DNA from: Glaucostegus cemiculus
Taxonomy: Eukaryota
Direction of reading: 5' to 3'
Assembly: GCA_976551045.1 (NCBI GenBank)
Contig: CDPCPM010000054.1
Location: forward strand, 3,472,001 to 3,536,000
Length of the DNA stretch: 64,000 nt
The notes beneath the pieces were generated by a model. It had not been told where the DNA came from and made no database searches. It saw only the letters and a list, made by a program, of their open reading frames with translations. Positions 50,900 through 63,379 of this stretch are shown here, one piece after another; position 1 is the first letter of the stretch; each line of letters starts with the position of its first letter. Made by a program: the position numbers and the translations under genes.

Positions 50900-51388
50900 T
50901 TTTTTTTAAATCAAAATAAACTTTATTCATAATAAAAGACCTACTATGTACAACTATAAAACAGTGCAGTCTTTACATTCTTGTACAGATCATTCCTTAG
51001 TGTTACCTTTTTTATATAAAAAACAGCACCGATGCCACACGCGTGGCTCCCTGGGGCCTACCCAGTCCCGTATTTACAATATTTAAGGGGCTTTCTCGCC
51101 TGACCCCGCCCCTCCCTCTCCAGTGGCAGAAGAACCCTAAACTGTAGTCCTTCTCCACCGAGCCCTTGCATTGGCTGCACCCAGCTTCAGTGCATCCCTC
51201 AGCACGTACCCCTGCAGCCTGGAATGTGCCAGTTGGCAGCATTCCCCTACGGACATCTCACAGTGCTGGGAGACCAACAAGTTTTGGGCAGACCAAAGGG
51301 TGTCTTGGCCTGACGTCAAAGGGAACGTTGCATTGGTTGGGCCAGTTGCCGAAGAGCATGGCTCGCTCTTCGTGCATCCTCATCAGCC
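50900..51388 (-). mobile_element. Tx1/L1-clade LINE 3' end with internal deletion, 3' UTR and poly(A)
   Basis: DTLWSAQNLLVSQHCEMSVGECCQLAHSRLQGYVLRDALKLGAANARARW (Tx1-like ORF2 C-terminus) joined to a MLFGNWPNQCNVPFDVR segment; AATAAA-like signal and T-run at ~50900-50928. Confidence 0.75.
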
Positions 51389-51441
51389 TTTCAGCCCCTT
51401 GAGCCTGTTCTGCCATTCAAAACAATCATGGTTGATGCTTT

Positions 51442-54400
51442 ATAGAACCATAGAACCATAGAACAATACAGCACAATACAGGCCCTTCGGCCCACCATGT
51501 TGTGCCACCCTTCAAACCGCACCTAAGACTATCTAACCCCTTCCTCCCACATATCCCTCTATTTTAAATTCCTCCATATGCTTATCTAACAACCTCTTGA
51601 ACTTGACTAAAGTATCAGCCTCCAGCACCACCCCAGGCAGCACATTCCATGCACCAACCACTCTCTGAGTGGAAAACCTCCCACTGACATCTCCCTTGAA
51701 CTTCCCACCCATTACCTCAAAGCCATGCCCTCTTGTATTGAGCATTAGTGCCCTGGGAAAGAGGCACTGGCTGTCCACTTTATCTATTCCTCTTAATATT
51801 TTGTATACCCCTATCATGTCTCCACTCATCCTCCTTCTCTCCAATGAGTAAAGCCCCAGATCCTTTAGTCACTCCTCATAAACCATACTCTCTAATCCAG
51901 GCAGCATCCTGGTAAATCTCCTCTGCACCCTTTCCAACGCCTCCACATCCTTCCTATAATGAGGCGACCAGAAATGGACACAGTACTCTAAGTGTGGTCT
52001 AACCAGAGTTTTGTAAAGCTGCACCATTACCTCACGGCTCTTAAACTTGATCCCTTGGCTTATGAAAGTTAACATCCTATAAGCTTTCTTAACTACCCTA
52101 TCCACTTGTGAGGGAACTTTCAGTGATCTGTGGATATGAACCCACAGATCCTTCTGCTCCTCCACATGCCCTAGAATCCTGCCATTAACATTGTACTCCG
52201 CCTTGGTGTTAGTCCTTCCAAAGTGTACCACCTCCCACTTCTCCAGATTGAACTCCATCTGCCACTTGTCAGCCCAGCTCTACATCCTATCAATATCCCT
52301 CTGCAAGCTTTGACAGCCCTTCACACTATCCACAACACCACCAACATTTGTGTCATCTGCAAACTTGCTAACCCAGCCTTCCATCCCCTCACCTAAGTCT
52401 TTAATAATTATCACAAAAAGTAGAGGTCCCAGAACCAATCCCTGTGAGACACCACTAGTCACAGCCCTCCAATCTTAATGCACTCCCTCCACCACAACTC
52501 TCTGCTTTCTACAGGCAAGCCAATTCTGAATTCACATGGCCAAGTCTCCCTGGATCTCTTCCCCTCTGATCTTCTGAAGAAGCCTACCATGGGGAACCTT
52601 GTCAAACACCTTACTGAAATCCACGTAGGCCACATCTACAGCACTACCCTCATCAATCTTCCTGGTCACCTCCTCAAAGAACCCTATCAGGCTTGTGAGG
52701 CAAGATCTGCCCTTCACAAAGCCATGCTGGCTGTTCCTAATTAGTCCATGATTCTCTAAATGCTCATATATCCTATCTCTAAGAATCCTTTTGAACATCT
52801 TGCCCACCACAGATGTAAGGCTCACTGGTCTGTAATTCCCTGGACTATCCCTACTACCTTTTTTGAATAAGGGGACAACATTTGCCACTCTCCAATCCTC
52901 CACTACCATTCCCGTGGATGAGGACTCAAAGATCCTAGCCAACGGTTCAGCAATCTCTTCCCTTGTCTTGTGAAGCAGCCTGGGGAATATTCCGTCAGGA
53001 GCCGGGGACTTATCTGTCCTAATATTTTCTAACAGCTCCAACACATCCTTTCTCTTGACATCTACATGCTCCAGAACATTAACCTTACCAACACTGCCCT
53101 CAGTGTCATCAGGACCCCTCTCCTTGGTGAATACTGAAGAGAAGTTTTCATTGAGAACCTCACCCACTTCCACAACTTCCAGGGACATCTTCCCACCTTT
53201 GCCTCTAATCGGACCTACCTTTACTCTCGTCATCCTTCTGCTCCTCACGAATGAGAAAAAAGCCTTGGGATTCTCCTTTACTCTACTCACTGAAGCCTTT
53301 TCATGTCCCCTTCTTGCTCTCCTCAGCCCCTTCTTAAGTTCCTTCCTTGCTACTCTATATTCCTCACGAGCCCTATCTGATCCTTGCTGCCTATACCTTA
53401 TGTATGCTGCCTTCTTTTTCCTAACTAGTTGTTCCACCTCTTTTGTCACCCATGGTTCCTTCACCCTGCCATTCTTTCTCTGCCTCAGTGGGACAAATTT
53501 ATCCCTAACATCCTGCAAGAGATCCCTGAACATCAACCACATCTCCACAGTACATTTCCCTTCAAAAATGTCATCCCAATTTACACTCCTAAGTTCTAGC
53601 CCTATTGCCTCATAACTTGTCTTTCCCCAATTAAATATCTTCCCATCCTCTTTGCTCCTATCCTTGTCCATGACAATGCTAAAGGTGAGGGAGCAGTGGT
53701 CACTGTCCCCCAAATGCTCACCCACGGAGAGATCTGTCACCTGACCTGGTTCATTTCCTAAGACTAGATCTAATATGGATTCCCTTTAGTCTGTCCTTCA
53801 ACATACTGTGACAGGAATCTGTCCTGGACACACTTAACAAACTCTGCCCTGTCTAAACCTTTGGCACTAAGCAGGTGCCAATCAATATTTGTGAAGTTGA
53901 AGTCTCCCATGATAACAACCCTGTTATTTTTGCATCTTTCCAAAATCTGCCTTCAAATCTACTCCTTAGTATCCCTGCCGCTACAGGGGGGGGGGGGGGG
54001 GGGGCTGAAGAATACTGCCAGTAGAGTAACTTCTCCTTTCTTGTTCTTAACTTCCACCCATACTGACTCTAGAGAGGATCCTTCTACATTATCCACCCTT
54101 TCTACAGCTGTAGTAGTATCCCTGATCAGTATTGCCACCCCTCCTCCTCTTCTCACCCCCTCCCTATCCCTTTGAAAACACTGAAAAACAGGAATATTCA
54201 ATATCCATTCCTGTCCGGGTGACAGCCAAGTCTCTGCAAGAGCCATGATGTTGTAGTACCATGTATTTATTCAAGCTCTCAGTTCATCACCCTTATTCCT
54301 GATACTCTTTGCATTTAAGTAAATGCACTTTAGCCCATCCACCTTTCTACTTTTATACCCTGTACTTGCTTCTCCTTCCTCAAAGCCTCTCTGCCTGTTA

Positions 54401-54506
54401 GATCTGACTTTTTCCCGTCCACACCTTCCTACTCCTCTGGCTCCCATCCCCCTCGCAAACTAGTTTAAACCCTCCCGAACCACCCTAGCAAACCTGCCTG
54501 CAAGGA
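51442..54506 (-). mobile_element. Young CR1 LINE with the whole ORF2 region (endonuclease, RT) and the end of ORF1, frameshifted
   Basis: ALAETWL, GEHLGDSDH, a 402-aa open segment, KFADDTN, LEYCVHFWSP; (tagaacca)n tail. Confidence 0.94.
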
Positions 54507-55060
54507 TTATCTCAATACTATTTTCCTGCTCTTTCCCGATATGCCTTGATGCTTTAAGTGTCAAAATATCTAATTAAGTCCTTCTTAAATATATTCAGTG
54601 ACCTTACCTTCACAGCCCTTTGTGGTAGAGAATTCCATAGGTTCACAACCAGCAGGAGTAAAAGGGATTGCTTCCCTGGGAGCCAGAATGGGCCTGATCG
54701 CTAATTAACCTCCTTCTAAGTTGTTATAGCTCAAGGTAAATAATAAAGAAATTTCTCATCTCCATCCTAAATACTTTACCCTGCATTCTGAGACAGTGAC
54801 ACCTTATTTTGGACCGTCACTCAGAGGAAGGATTGTCCTTGTGCTCAATCTGTCAGGCCCTGTCAGTATTTTTTACATTTTAATGAGATCTCTTCTAATT
54901 CTTCTAAATTCATGAATACAGACCTACTTAGCCCAATTTTCTCATCATATGACAATCCCATCATCCCAGGAATCAGTTTGATAAACTTTTATTGGACCCA
55001 CTCTACGGAAAGTATCTCATTTCTTAAGTAAGGACACCAAACTGCATATTCATACATTCT
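54507..55060 (-). mobile_element. Old CR1 3' region; its tail lies at ~51390-51440, so the young CR1 is nested inside it
   Basis: cagccccttgagcctgttctgccattcaa before the insert; gtggtagagaattccataggttcacaacc...atcccaggaatcagt after it. Confidence 0.7.
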
Positions 55061-55919
55061 GTACAAAATTAATCAACTTAAACCTGGGGAATGAGACTGT
55101 CAGAGCTAAACAGAATGTCAGTTAAAAGCTGTAAAGCAAAGGTACAAAAGGGATGAAGAAAAAGGAAAATTAAAGAAGTTAGAGGAGCCTTGGTCAGATA
55201 ATATGGAAAAAAAATCAAATGTCTGACCACAGCCAAGAAACTGTGCCAACCAGTGTGAACTAGGCAAAGTACATCTGAGGCATGGATGATATGGAGGTAC
55301 ATTTAAGTGAAACCATAGTTTCCATCCAAGGACCATGAGGAAAATTAAGGAACTAATATCTTAGGACTTGACAATTTTTCAGAGTTGATTAGAAAGTAAC
55401 TTTGCTGCAGACTATCAAAGCATTACATAGAAAATCCCCTTCAAAATAGAAGGGATTTCAGGAACCATCACATCAGTTGATGTGAACTAACAGAGTTGTA
55501 AAATAGAAGACAATTAGTAATTGCACAGAGAATCATGAGTCAAACAGATCAACAAAATAAACCTGCTTAAATTATATCACTCTTGTTCAATGTAATGGGA
55601 TTGTTTTAAAACATGATGTAGACCACCGTTCAGGGAAATGCACATAGGCCTGCTTCTATTTATTATAAGCACAAACAATCTGTATTATAATTGTGGTGGT
55701 AAGAGCTGGGGGTGTGGTGAGGGGTAACAATGCCAGGAATGTGCTGAAGACATTGTGAGAAAGATCGTGGAAGGCTGAGGCAAGTCAGAGATAAGCCCAG
55801 AGCTCAGATGGATGTGGATGTCAAGATAGAAGTAGGTAAATTAAGCCATTTTTATGATAAGAATATAATTTCATCCGGTTAATAGATGAACTGTGGGATC
55901 CCACTGAGTTGAGAGGCAA

Positions 55920-56335
55920 AAACAACTTCTGTGGCATCTTTAACATTGTAAAACATTCCAAGCTGCTGCAAAGGACAAATAATCAAACAAAATTTAACAC
56001 CGAGCCACATAAGGAATACATTGGGACAGATGACTAAAAGCTTCGTGAATAAGGTCGGTTTCAATGACATCTTAAAGGAAGAGAGAATGAGGAGAGAGAG
56101 GTTTTGGAAGAGAAGTCCAGAGCTTCAGTCTCAGCAGCTGACTGCACAGCAGCTAATGGCAAAGCAAATAAAATCAAGGACAATCGGGAGGCCAGAATTG
56201 GTGGAGAGCAGAGATCTCAGAGGATCATATGGCACTGGAGATTACAGAGATAGGGTGGAATGAAAGCATGGAGGGATTTTAATATCAGGACAAAGATTTT
56301 CATTTTGAGATATTAGCTGATTGCAAACTATAGTG
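55920..56335 (-). mobile_element. L2-like LINE 3' end, decayed
   Basis: aaaatttaacaccgagccacataagg...gatgactaaaagctt...catcttaaaggaagagaga. Confidence 0.6.
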
Positions 56336-56419
56336 GGTTGGAGAGATAAACTCATAAAATCAACAAACAGAACCTCGAGTCCAGAAGCATAAAGTAACAG
56401 TCGAATCTTATTTAGTATG

Positions 56420-57140
56420 ACCTAGGGTTTAGGATAAGGGGGAAAAGATTCAGAGAGCATCTGAGAGAAGCCTTTCTCATCCAAAGAGTGATGAGTAGCT
56501 GATACACTGCCTGAGCGAGTGGGTGAAGTGGGGTCACTGATGGCATTTAAGAAGTCTCTTGACTAGCACTTGAATTGCTTAGCCACTGGAGGGTATGGGC
56601 CAAGTGCAGGGAGGTAGGATTAATGTGGATGTGTGCCCACCGTCAACATGGATGTGGTGGGCCTGCCTCCAGGTTGCATGTCTCTGTGATTCTTTGACTA
56701 TCGCCTCGGATGGGCCACAGCTTGCAGCTTAGGTAACTTATTTTAGGAAAGATATGAAAGAAACCAAAAGGTTGATTCAGTGTGATGACGCCAATGGTGA
56801 GCGATAGTCAAAGAGTCACAGAGGCCTGGAAGCAGGCCCACCACATCCACGTCAACAGTGGGCACACACCCGCACTAATTCCACCTCCCTGCACTGGTCC
56901 CATACCCTCCAGTGCCTAAGCAATTCAAGAGCTAATCAAGAGACTTCTTAAATGCCATCAGTGACCCCGCTTCAACCACTCTCTCTAGCAGTGCATTCCA
57001 GCTACTCATCACTCTTTGGGTGAAAAAGGCCTTTCTCAGTTGCCCTCTGAATCTTTTCCCCCCTTATTCTAAATCTATGTCCTCTTGTCATGTCTGCCTC
57101 TTGTATGGGGAAATGTTATCTATCCTATCTATACGTCTCC
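56420..57140. mobile_element. Two old CR1 3' ends facing tail to tail (+ 56420-56700, - 56810-57140)
   Basis: gggtttaggataagggggaaaagattcagag on + mirrored by ctctgaatcttttcccccttattctaaatct. Confidence 0.7.
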
Positions 57141-57269
57141 TGCAGCCCCCTGATGTCCTTCCTCTGGTGTTGCAACAATCACGGTAGCATGGCTGATAGT
57201 AAAAGGATGACACTTCCACAGAGGCTTTCATGCACTTTCATTAAGGCCCTGGCTTGGGAAATGAGAAAT

Positions 57270-57600
57270 TTGTGAACAGTAAGCTCCAACAAACTGCAAT
57301 ATGATAAAATCATGATAATCTGGTGTTGTTTAAGGAGTAAATATTGGTCAGGACACCAGGGAGAACCTGGCCTTCTTCGAAATGGTTCCTAGGGATCTTC
57401 TGATCTGCCCAAGTGAGTAGATGGGACCTTGGTTTAAGGTCTAACCTGAAAGTCAACACTTTCAATGGTGCTGCACTCCCTCCATACTGTGTTGGATGTG
57501 TCAGCCTGCACTGTTGTGCTCAAATTTTTGTAGTTGGATTTGAACCCACAGTCTTCTGACTCAGAGGTGAGAGTCCAATCCACTAAGCCACGGCTGACAA
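57270..57600 (-). mobile_element. Deu-domain SINE (SacSINE1-like), near full length
   Basis: aatattggtcaggacaccagggagaac...gctgcactccctccatactg...tgaacccacagtcttctgactcagagg...cactaagccacggctgaca. Confidence 0.8.
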
Positions 57601-58340
57601 GCTAAATAGTGACAGACTGTCAAACAGTCATGAAAGAGAATATATTTATGATTAAAAATTGATCAAAAAAGAGAGATTGGAAGAAATACTTCACCGAAAG
57701 GTTGGTGCGAATACACAATTGCACAATAAATATACACAACAAACTTCATAAATCAACATAGTTAATTTAATAAGAGGAATATTTCTAGGCTATGGATAAT
57801 GATCAGCAGAGTAAGATTAGTTTGTATTGCAAGAATAGACTTGACTTGCCAAGTGATCTGTTTCCATACTGTAACGACGGATGATTCTGATAAAACAGAC
57901 ACACAGTGGCTTGACCCCAAAGAAAAGAAACAGACATGATAAACACAGCAAGGAGAATAAATCACCCAGCTCATTGGACATGAGCAGAGACACAACAAAG
58001 AAAAATAAAATGCTACAATCTGACACCAAGGGTATAAAAGAGAAATACAGCAGAGATACAGATAACTACTTCAAAGGAAAAGACCCAAGGGGCCAAGATA
58101 GAAAGAATAGGATCAATATTAAAATAAAATTTAAGTTGTGCAATATGGATAGCTTTTAATAGATGGATGGCTCCTGGGTATTAATTTATGGGATATCATT
58201 ATCTTTAAAAAGAAGCAGTCTGTGTGTTCACCAATCTGATTCAAAAGATAAATCTGAAGGACCAACATATGTTTTCCACTGGCCTTTGGACATTAGGGCT
58301 TTTATACAGCACCTCTGTTCGCAGTGGCAAGAATCCAACA

Positions 58341-58535
58341 GAAAAATTCCAGGCATGAAGCATTTTGAAAGAATGGTCTTTTGGACATGATGTAGAACAG
58401 TGGTCTCCATCTACTCTCTCAGGTGCAGATAATGGATCCCATGGCACTGTTTCAAGGAAGAACAAGGGAGCTCTACTGGCCAATACGTATCCCTTAAGCA
58501 ACATGTTGGAAACAGATTATATGGTCACAATCAAT
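58341..58535 (+). mobile_element. Deu-domain SINE derivative, inverted partner of 59395-59595
   Basis: ggtcttttggacatgatgtagaacagtgg...taatggatcccatggcactgtttcaa...ctggccaata. Confidence 0.7.
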
Positions 58536-58869
58536 TCTGTGGGTTTTGAGGTCAATGACGGCTCCGCAGACTTTCTTACAAGAGGGGCATGTGGTGCCTC
58601 TACATTATGGTGTCCTCTACATTACCCCTGAGTACTGCCTCTACAACTGTGTCATGATATCCTGCGTAGTAATCCACTGACATTCAGGTGAATGATACCT
58701 GGTGGTCATGGTAATCAGATTAATCTCTTACCATGGGTGTACTCATCTGAGTGTGACCCCTGCCAAAACGTATAAGTGGCTTTTGAAAATTCTTGATGTT
58801 TAATTTTGAGGGATTATCTCAGTTCCACCTCTTAGTCCAAAATTAAGCTCATATCATTGTAAAGAATCA

Positions 58870-59235
58870 CACAAAGAACCAAAGAAAAATAGGCCACTCA
58901 GTCTAACTATCAAACTGCTACTAAATCCCACTGTTCTGTTCTCCCTCATATGCTTTTCAGATTCATCTTAAAAGCATCTCTGTTCCTTGTCATAACCTGT
59001 CCCTGTAGGAGCAAGTCCTGCACTCTTACCACCCTCTGGGTTTGATTTCTCCTGAATTCCACACTGGATTTCTTCGGCTCTCTCTTATATTGATGGCCCC
59101 TGATTCTGGTCTTTGTCCAGCAAGAGGAAGTATCCTTGCTCATTCTACCCTATCCAGTTCTTTCACAATCTCCTAACAGGTCACACCTTGGCCATCTGTT
59201 CTGTACAGAAGAAATCCCAGCCGATTCACCTCACT
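58870..59235 (-). mobile_element. Old CR1 3' end
   Basis: IRGHQYK...RVVRV...AFK in ORF 58946..59143. Confidence 0.65.
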
Positions 59236-59319
59236 GAGCTTCAGATTATTACTCAGGACAGCTGATGGGTACCATTGAGCCAAAAATACTTGGATCTCTG
59301 TCACGACCTGCAGGGTCTT

Positions 59320-59595
59320 AGACACTGCCAATATTGAAATATGGTTGGAAACACGGAAGCCAATTTGTGCACAGCAAGCTCCCACAAATAGCAATTTGAT
59401 CATGACCAACTTATTGGTTTCAGTGTTGTTGCTTGAGTGATAAATATTGGCCAGGAGAGCTCCCTTGTTCTTTGAAATAGTGCCATGGGATCCATTATGT
59501 GCACCTGGGAAAACAGATAGGAGCCACTGTTTAACATCCCGTCCAAAAGACCAAATGATGAGTTTTTCAAAATACTTCATGCACGGAATATTCTT
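59320..59595 (-). mobile_element. Deu-domain SINE derivative
   Basis: gccaatttgtgcacagcaagctcccacaaa...aaatattggccaggagagctcccttgttctttgaaatagtgccatgggatcc. Confidence 0.75.
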
Positions 59596-59619
59596 GTATG
59601 TGCAGAAAGCTATACTAAG

Positions 59620-60665
59620 ACACTCAGCCCTGAGGAACTGCCACAATATCAGTGGGGCAGTGCTGAGGGAGCACTGCATAGTCAAGGAGGGAATACCAAG
59701 GGAGAACCACATTGTCAGAAGGACAATGCTCTGAGGGAATGCTGTGTTATTAAAGGGGCAGCACTGAGAGAATAGTCTCTCTGAGTCAGTGGGGCAGGGC
59801 TGAGAAAACATCACATTGTCAGAGCGGCAATACTGCACTGAGGAAGTACAGCACTGTTGGATGGGCTGTACTGAGAAGGGACTGCAGTGATGGAAAGCAG
59901 TATTGAGGGAGCACTGGAGTGTTGGAGGGGCAATACTGAGGGAGCACTCTTTGGCCATGAGGGAGCACTGGAGTGTTGGAGGGGCAATACTGAGGGAGCA
60001 CTCTTTGGCCATGAGGGAGCACAGGTGTGTTGGAGGGGCAATACTGAGGGAGCACTCTTTGGTCAGCGAGTCAGATTGAGGGAGCACAGGTGTGTTGGAG
60101 GGGCAATACTGAGGGAGCACTCTTTGGTCAGCGAGTCAGATTGAGGGAGCACAGGTCTACGGAAAAGGCAGTACAGGGTGAGCACTATTTTATAAAGATT
60201 GTACCGAGGAAATGCTGCACTGTTAGAGGATGAGTACTAAGGAAGCACTGCACTGTAGGAGGGACAGTACTGAGGGACTGATGAGCTAGCATTGAGGCAG
60301 CATGGTTCTTTGGAGAGTTAGTACCAAGGCAGTGCTATACTCTCAGAGGAATTTCACAGATGGCATTTTGCACTGACGAAGGTGTCACCTTTCAGATGAG
60401 ATATCAAATCAAAGTCTCATTTGCTCCCTTTGTTTGATGTAAATTATTTAATCAAGAGCAGGGGAGTTTTCTCAAGTCTTCTGGCCAATACTTATTCCTT
60501 AATCAATGCTATTGCATTGGTGTTTGGAGATTTGCTGTGCACAAATCACCTGCCATGTTTCCTAAATTACAAGTGATTACACCTGAAATGCTCCTTATTG
60601 GCTATAAAGAATTTTGGGACATTCTGAGGATATGCAAAGAAACAGAGGAATGCAAGCTTTTCTTC
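59620..60665 (+). repeat. 33-bp-based tandem array (~59620-60375) with 54-bp and 65-bp higher-order duplications, running into the 3' part of a Deu-domain SINE
   Basis: Units start at 59905 and 59959 (54 bp) and at 60013 and 60078 (65 bp); then cacctttcagatgagata...ctggccaatact...ttttgggacattctgagg. Confidence 0.85.
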
Positions 60666-61181
60666 TCTTGTACAGGCCATGGTTTCTGGTGTGTTGGGTG
60701 TACATTGTCAGTACAATTTGTGCAGTGTCAGCTCATATGATAAGATTAGGCAGAACTCTCAAACTCAGCTGAATCTGTAGATATGGCTTTACTTGTGACC
60801 CTCTGTACCACTTTGCCCTAATTTTAGATTTCTGCCTGAGTACCCTGCCCTCAAATGCTAGGACTTCTAGATTCTCAAAAGCTGGTTTATCTGCTTCCTG
60901 CCTGCCTTTCCCTACATTGCACCACAGGTAATTTAATCAACATATTTTATTTGTAATATTTGTCTTTATTCCTGCTTTGTTCTCTAAAGACACCACTTGC
61001 GCAATCACAATCACGACTGCTGGATGAACCCTGTCCCAACTCAGATCTTTAGTCGAGGGGAGCTAATTCCTTATCCATTCTACAAAGGATCTCAAAGACT
61101 GTCTCAGAGACACAAGAGATTCTGCAGACACTGGAATCTGGAGCAATACACATAAAAAGTCTCTCTTTGAGAATCCAAATA

Positions 61182-61485
61182 CAGGAACTCCCTGGGTTAT
61201 GAATTACCTGATTTACGAAAATCCACCTTTACGCAAAGTCTCCCATACATTTTTAAAGCATTTTTGAAGCTAGTAATAGTAATAATAATAAAATTATGTT
61301 TCATAGTATTCATTATTGAGTGGATATTGTATATATTCCATTTGTTTAAAAATGGGTAGTCTGAAGGTGAAATGAAAGAATTATTAGCAAGTATATGTAG
61401 AGCAATATGACATGGGCTACTATAGAAAACAGATGTTTCTGACTTGTGGAGAAATTGGCTTATGGACAGTACTCAGGAACAGAAA
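61182..61485. mobile_element. Possible Tigger-like MITE remnant
   Basis: TA|caggaactccctgggttatgaa left end and a ttctgactt...ggcttatggaca...ggaacagaa subterminal motif; right TIR not visible. Confidence 0.4.
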
Positions 61486-61699
61486 TCACATTTTGACTGC
61501 TCGTACTTCCAGTCAGAAGTACAGGCAGTCAAAGTGAGCAAATTTTCCTCAAAATGAGCAAAATCTGTTTTTAAATGTCAAACGTTAAATATATTTAAAT
61601 ATATAACTGCTGCAAAACTGTCATAATCCTTTAATATACTCTGTCCCCAAAGCCTTAATTTGTTGGCTATTCCAACTGCTCAGAATTGCTGCAGGTTTT

Positions 61700-62120
61700 C
61701 AGGCACAAGTAAATATGTCATTAGAAGCCCTTGTGAAAGTGTCTTTTCATCCCGCCATTAACATAATGTAGCAGATTCAGCACATGTTCATTCAGTCCTC
61801 CGCTAAGCTCATTAATATTTCCCCCAGCGCTTTGACAGATTACCTTGTCATTACGCATCCTGGAGTCTTTCAAACAATATGGGTAAACTACTGTTTTGTG
61901 AGGTTAATGACAATTATCCCATAATTACCACATAAGTCATTGGGTCCACTTTATCTCATAGTTAGGTGCTCTGCACTGTGTCTGTATTGTGCAACTGTCA
62001 CTGTGTCACTGTAAGTGAATCATGTACAGATATATTTATCTGCTGTTACCTTGTAAATTATGCTGACAGCCTGATGAACAAATTACTGTGTCTCATCACT
62101 TAAATACCACTGTTGATAAA
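61700..62120. promoter_or_regulatory. Candidate conserved non-coding element or enhancer
   Basis: Dense TAAT/ATTA and TGACA(G) motifs (cattaacataatg, ctcattaatat, ttgacagattac, ttaatgacaattatcccataattac) with retained CpGs in repeat-free DNA. Confidence 0.45.
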
Positions 62121-63379
62121 ACAAAACAGACAACAGTTGCAGATTCTACCTACAATTAGCACAATCGCATGAGCACTCTGTACAGAGCCTGCTCAGGCAC
62201 TTGGGCAGAATGCAGCACCATTAACAACATATCCATTTATGTATATTCAATAAAAAAAACAGCAATTTATAATTATTTTAAATTCGGATATTGTGAGGAA
62301 CACTGAAGATAGCAATGACCGCTAGCAGCCATTTTGTTGCCTGCTTTGCTGCCTCATGTTTCAAGGTCTGAACTCTGTTTTCCGTTCAGAGACCTGACCA
62401 GAAAGAATCTGAATCCACCTGGAATAATCCTGGTGAACAATAGTGGGTTGAAAGCCATTCACTGTTATTAATGTGCAAATCTCTTCACAGTTTGTGATAA
62501 GGTAGAGATTCCTCATAAAATGCAAATCACCACTAAGTAGTCTAACAATTTGTGCAGCTCTACTGTAAATTTTATGGAAAGAAAAACTCTCCTTGAACCT
62601 CTATGTGAACATCAAGAAGTTGCTGAACATGTTGCCATTGGACTTGTTGTAGAAAGTTAGGATTGGCAGTTAAATGCAGAAGGACTGTTGTACCAAACGG
62701 ATGTGTGTTTCTGCTGTTTCTCAAGCCCTAAGCAGGAACAATTCCAATTGTAGTCTCTATTTACCATCTGTCAAGAAAAATTGTTTTTTTTTATTGTCTT
62801 CTTGCATTTCATTTTGGTCTCTTTTTGCTCTAGTCTGGCTCTAATTTACTCTCCCCTGCTTCGTTCCTAAATATCAATGGTTAAGGATGCAGGTTGTTAG
62901 TCCAGGTGTGCATTGTTTCAGGCACCCTGTTGTCCTCACTCCAACCATTATACTCTCACAATCCAAGTTACAGGGCAAAATATCCTCAAGCTAAATAATG
63001 GGGGAAGGAGAGTACATCGGGCAGAGCAATGCAAACTGCCCTACTCAAGCACAGGCAGAATGGGCCAACTGACCTCCTGCTGTGCCCTACATTTCTATAA
63101 TTCTGTGAAATTTTGTCTCTCATGCTGTGCTTGGTTCACCAGTTTGATGCCGTCATTACACAAGATAGGACCAGCCGTGTCAAAACACACCATCTCAAAG
63201 GAGGGAAGAGGAAGGCAGTTATATAACTCTTACCAGAGACCATTAGTGCATGCCATCTACAATGGTTTTACTCTGAAATGAACCCAGGTAGTTACCTGCC
63301 TAAATAGGAGCTGTGTCTGATTGTTTTCCATTGGTACTATGCCCTTTGATGACATGATGAAGGCTTGGAGGGATAAAAA

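Noticed and set aside
57881-58159. 92-aa Lys-rich ORF
   Set aside because: Arises from A-rich low-complexity sequence with no domain or splice evidence.
59173-60120. 315-aa ORF as a novel protein
   Set aside because: It is read through a tandem array and a SINE; the periodic peptide has no domain or splice support.
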